Assembly: GCA_050951805.1 (NCBI GenBank)
Contig: JBMNJT010000004.1
Coordinates: 96,001 to 160,000 of the forward strand
Length of the DNA: 64,000 nucleotides
From: Bacillota bacterium
Lineage (GTDB): Bacteria > Bacillota > DTU025
Reading direction: 5' to 3'
This document shows, piece by piece, positions 61,498-64,000 of the stretch. A model generated the notes under the pieces. The model was not told the origin of the DNA and ran no database searches. It saw nothing but the letters and a program-made list of their open reading frames with translations. A program made the position numbers and the translations under genes. Positions within the stretch are counted from its first letter, which is position 1. Every line of letters begins with the position of its first letter.

Positions 61498-63324
61498 GTG
61501 AAAGCGGAGATCAATCTGCCTTCGACAGCGGTGGTTTTGAGCCTTGATCCACGGCTCGAGGCTTCAATCCGGGTTGCTGTGTCATTGCGCAGAGAGCCCT
61601 TTCCTTCAGACGCGGATATGAGAATCATAACTTGCAGTACTCGGGCAGGGGCTGCGGAAGCCTTGGCCCGATATGTGGGGCAGCCCGTTCTCTCCATTGT
61701 CCTTGTTGACGTGTCGCCTGGAGGCGGCTTTACCCTGGATGACGTTACCCTCATGGCGCGGCAGTTTCCTACGATTCCGGTGGTGGCTGTTGTGCCTCGC
61801 AACAAGGAGGACTTGGAGTATGAGGCGCTTCGCGCCGGGGCGTGCGACTACTTGATAAAAGGGGTCATCACTCCGAGCATATTCGCGAGGATGACAAGGA
61901 GCGCAGAAAACTACTGGTCTGCAAAGAGCCTGGCCTTTGAGGGACTAGAAAAGGCCAAGACCTTGGCGCAAGCGATTCCCATAGCTCTGATGCTCGTTGA
62001 TGATCGGGGTATCGTGATAGGTGGCTGGAACCCGGCGGCTGAAGAGGTGTTTGGCGTTGCGAGAAGGGACGCTCTCGGCAGACCGATGCCTGCGGTGAAA
62101 TGGACTGGCAAGGAAGAGACTGCAGCCATTCTGGCGAGGGCTGTTGCCGGCGACTCCATATCTGGAATCGAGGTCCAGTGTCGGCGCGCGGACGGGGAAT
62201 TGATAGATGCAATTGCCTTCTTTACCGCGCTTTACGAGGGGGACGAGCTCAAGGGCATACTGGCTCTTTTTGAGGATATCACCCAACGAAAGCGGGCGGA
62301 GAACGCGCTGCGCGACAGCGAGGTGCGGTTCAGGGGAGTTTTCGAGGGAAGCCAGCTTGGGATGGCGATTGCGGACACAAATATGCGGATTATCCACGCA
62401 AACCCCGCTCTTGGGGAGCTGTTCGGATGTCTGCCGGAGGACTTGGCCGGGGTCATGGCAGAAGAACTGATCCACCCGGACGATGAAGCGGATATTGCGT
62501 CGCGTGTGAGCAGGCTTCTGCGGGACAGGATAAGCTTTTTTACAGCGGAGAGCCGGTATGTGAGGATGGACGGCACGGTCTTTGTAGGCAGGTTGCTTGC
62601 GACTCTGTTCAGCGTCAGCCTGGAAGGGCCGCACTATGTCCTTTTTGCTCTGGAGGACATTACATTGCGCAAGATAGCCCAAGATCAGCTCGAGGCCAGC
62701 CTGGTCAAGCTCGCGCAGACTACGGAGGGAGCCATCCATGCAATGTCGCGGGTTGTGGAGATGCGCGACCCTTATACCGCGGGCCATCAGGAACGCGTGG
62801 CTTGCCTGGCACGGCACATCGCAATGGAACTGGGATACCCCAAGGACGCCGTGGACGGGATTTACTTCGGCTCGCTGGTGCATGACATAGGCAAGATCGT
62901 GGTTCCGGGGGAGATACTGACTAAACCGGGCAAACTGAGCCCAATTGAGTTTTCGTTGATCAAGGCCCACCCTGAAGAGGGTTTTAAGGTGGTCAATTCG
63001 ATAGAATTTCCCTGGCCCATTGCGGACATGGTCCTTCAGCATCACGAGAGGCTGGACGGGTCGGGTTATCCAGCCGGCCTAGCCGGGGACGCGATCTGCG
63101 AGGGGGCAAAGATAATTGCAGTTGCCGACGTGGTGGAGGCAATGTCGTCGCACAGGCCTTACAGGCCTTCTTTGGGAATGGATGCAGCATTGGACGAGAT
63201 AGTGAGCAAAAGTGGTATACTGTACGATCCTGAAGTGGTCCAGGCTTGCGTAAATGTAATCGCGGTCCATGGCGACCGCGCTCTCATGGGAACGGTTTCG
63301 GATTTGAATGGAGAAATGCCCTGA
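61498..63324 (+). CDS. REC-like/PAS/PAS/HD-GYP cyclic-dinucleotide phosphodiesterase
   Basis: GACDYLIK, two PAS domains, RDPYTAGH, HDIGK, HHERLDGSGYP. Confidence 0.92.
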   Translation: MKAEINLPSTAVVLSLDPRLEASIRVAVSLRREPFPSDADMRIITCSTRAGAAEALARYVGQPVLSIVLVDVSPGGGFTLDDVTLMARQFPTIPVVAVVPRNKEDLEYEALRAGACDYLIKGVITPSIFARMTRSAENYWSAKSLAFEGLEKAKTLAQAIPIALMLVDDRGIVIGGWNPAAEEVFGVARRDALGRPMPAVKWTGKEETAAILARAVAGDSISGIEVQCRRADGELIDAIAFFTALYEGDELKGILALFEDITQRKRAENALRDSEVRFRGVFEGSQLGMAIADTNMRIIHANPALGELFGCLPEDLAGVMAEELIHPDDEADIASRVSRLLRDRISFFTAESRYVRMDGTVFVGRLLATLFSVSLEGPHYVLFALEDITLRKIAQDQLEASLVKLAQTTEGAIHAMSRVVEMRDPYTAGHQERVACLARHIAMELGYPKDAVDGIYFGSLVHDIGKIVVPGEILTKPGKLSPIEFSLIKAHPEEGFKVVNSIEFPWPIADMVLQHHERLDGSGYPAGLAGDAICEGAKIIAVADVVEAMSSHRPYRPSLGMDAALDEIVSKSGILYDPEVVQACVNVIAVHGDRALMGTVSDLNGEMP

Positions 63325-63342
63325 GCTGTCAGGGCATTTCTC
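63311..63342. terminator. Hairpin between convergent genes
   Basis: GAGAAATGCCCTGA-GCTG-TCAGGGCATTTCTC perfect 14-bp stem. Confidence 0.75.
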
Positions 63343-63349
63343 ATGCGAT

Positions 63350-64000
63350 CTATGCTAGCTTGAACCTGGCTGCAAGCTGCTGTAGCCTTGCTGCCATGTC
63401 GGCAAGGGAATGGGAAGCAGAGGACATCTGCTGCAGCGAAGCGGTGATTTGCTCCGTTGAGGCCGCCACTTCCTCTACTGAAGCCGCGTTTTCTTCGGAT
63501 ATGGCAGCTACGTTTTCGATAGCTTTTTGCACTTGTTGTATGCTCGCTGCCATCTGCTGGGATGCCGCGGCGTTCTCGTCAGCCACTGCTACAACTTCTA
63601 CAGTGGCCTCGTTCACATCGCTCGCTCCCTCCATCAAGCTGTTGCTAGATTCGACTACTGAATGCGCAAGCTCTAGGTTGTTCGCGGCGTGGTTGCTTAT
63701 GTTATGCAAAACCTCTGTGGATTCGATTACCAGTGGAAGGCTCTCTTCTACGAGATCGTTTGTGCCTCTGATGGCCGATGCCACTTTGCCTACTTCTGCC
63801 AATGTTTGCTCGATCAGTCCCGAGATGACCTTCGTTTCATTTAGCGAGCCCTCTGCGAGTTTCCGCACTTCGTCCGCTACCACCGCAAAACCGCGGCCCT
63901 GTTCGCCGGCGCGCGCCGCTTCTATGGCGGCGTTGAGAGCCAGAAGATTGGTCTGATCCGCGATATCCTCTATTACCTGCACCACCTGGACCATCTGGCG
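63350..64000 (-). CDS. Methyl-accepting chemotaxis protein, C-terminal part
   Basis: [38 protein letters not shown]. Confidence 0.95.
   Translation of the reverse strand, partial: RQMVQVVQVIEDIADQTNLLALNAAIEAARAGEQGRGFAVVADEVRKLAEGSLNETKVISGLIEQTLAEVGKVASAIRGTNDLVEESLPLVIESTEVLHNISNHAANNLELAHSVVESSNSLMEGASDVNEATVEVVAVADENAAASQQMAASIQQVQKAIENVAAISEENAASVEEVAASTEQITASLQQMSSASHSLADMAARLQQLAARFKLA

Overview
Chromosomal window, probably from an anaerobic spore-forming Bacillota (LysM-GH18 spore enzyme, Met T-box, sigmaA promoters); this taxonomic placement is inference. Housekeeping blocks are the dnaB 3' end, pgi, feoAB with a DtxR-family regulator, a DUF134/NifX/MinD-ferredoxin cluster, ABC transporters, a T-box-controlled methionine operon using the methanogen-type homocysteine route, an HD-GYP protein and an MCP. 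Accessory DNA lies between them. The most striking feature is next to tRNA-Lys: a group IIC-like intron is present twice, once 5 nt after the hairpin downstream of the tRNA and once inside a type I-C CRISPR repeat, 5 nt after the repeat hairpin, in an orphan one-spacer array with a leader. Also notable: two IS1202/ISNCY-like elements stacked in tandem with a 16-bp target repeat abutting the -35 of the Met promoter; a lone T7 gp6-like exonuclease; a chaperone-usher-like pilus cluster with a broken usher-like gene; two unannotated 36-aa Cys/Trp-rich peptide genes; a candidate DUF134 operator; and many deletion-riddled pseudogenes. All family assignments come from motif recognition by eye, not from database searches.
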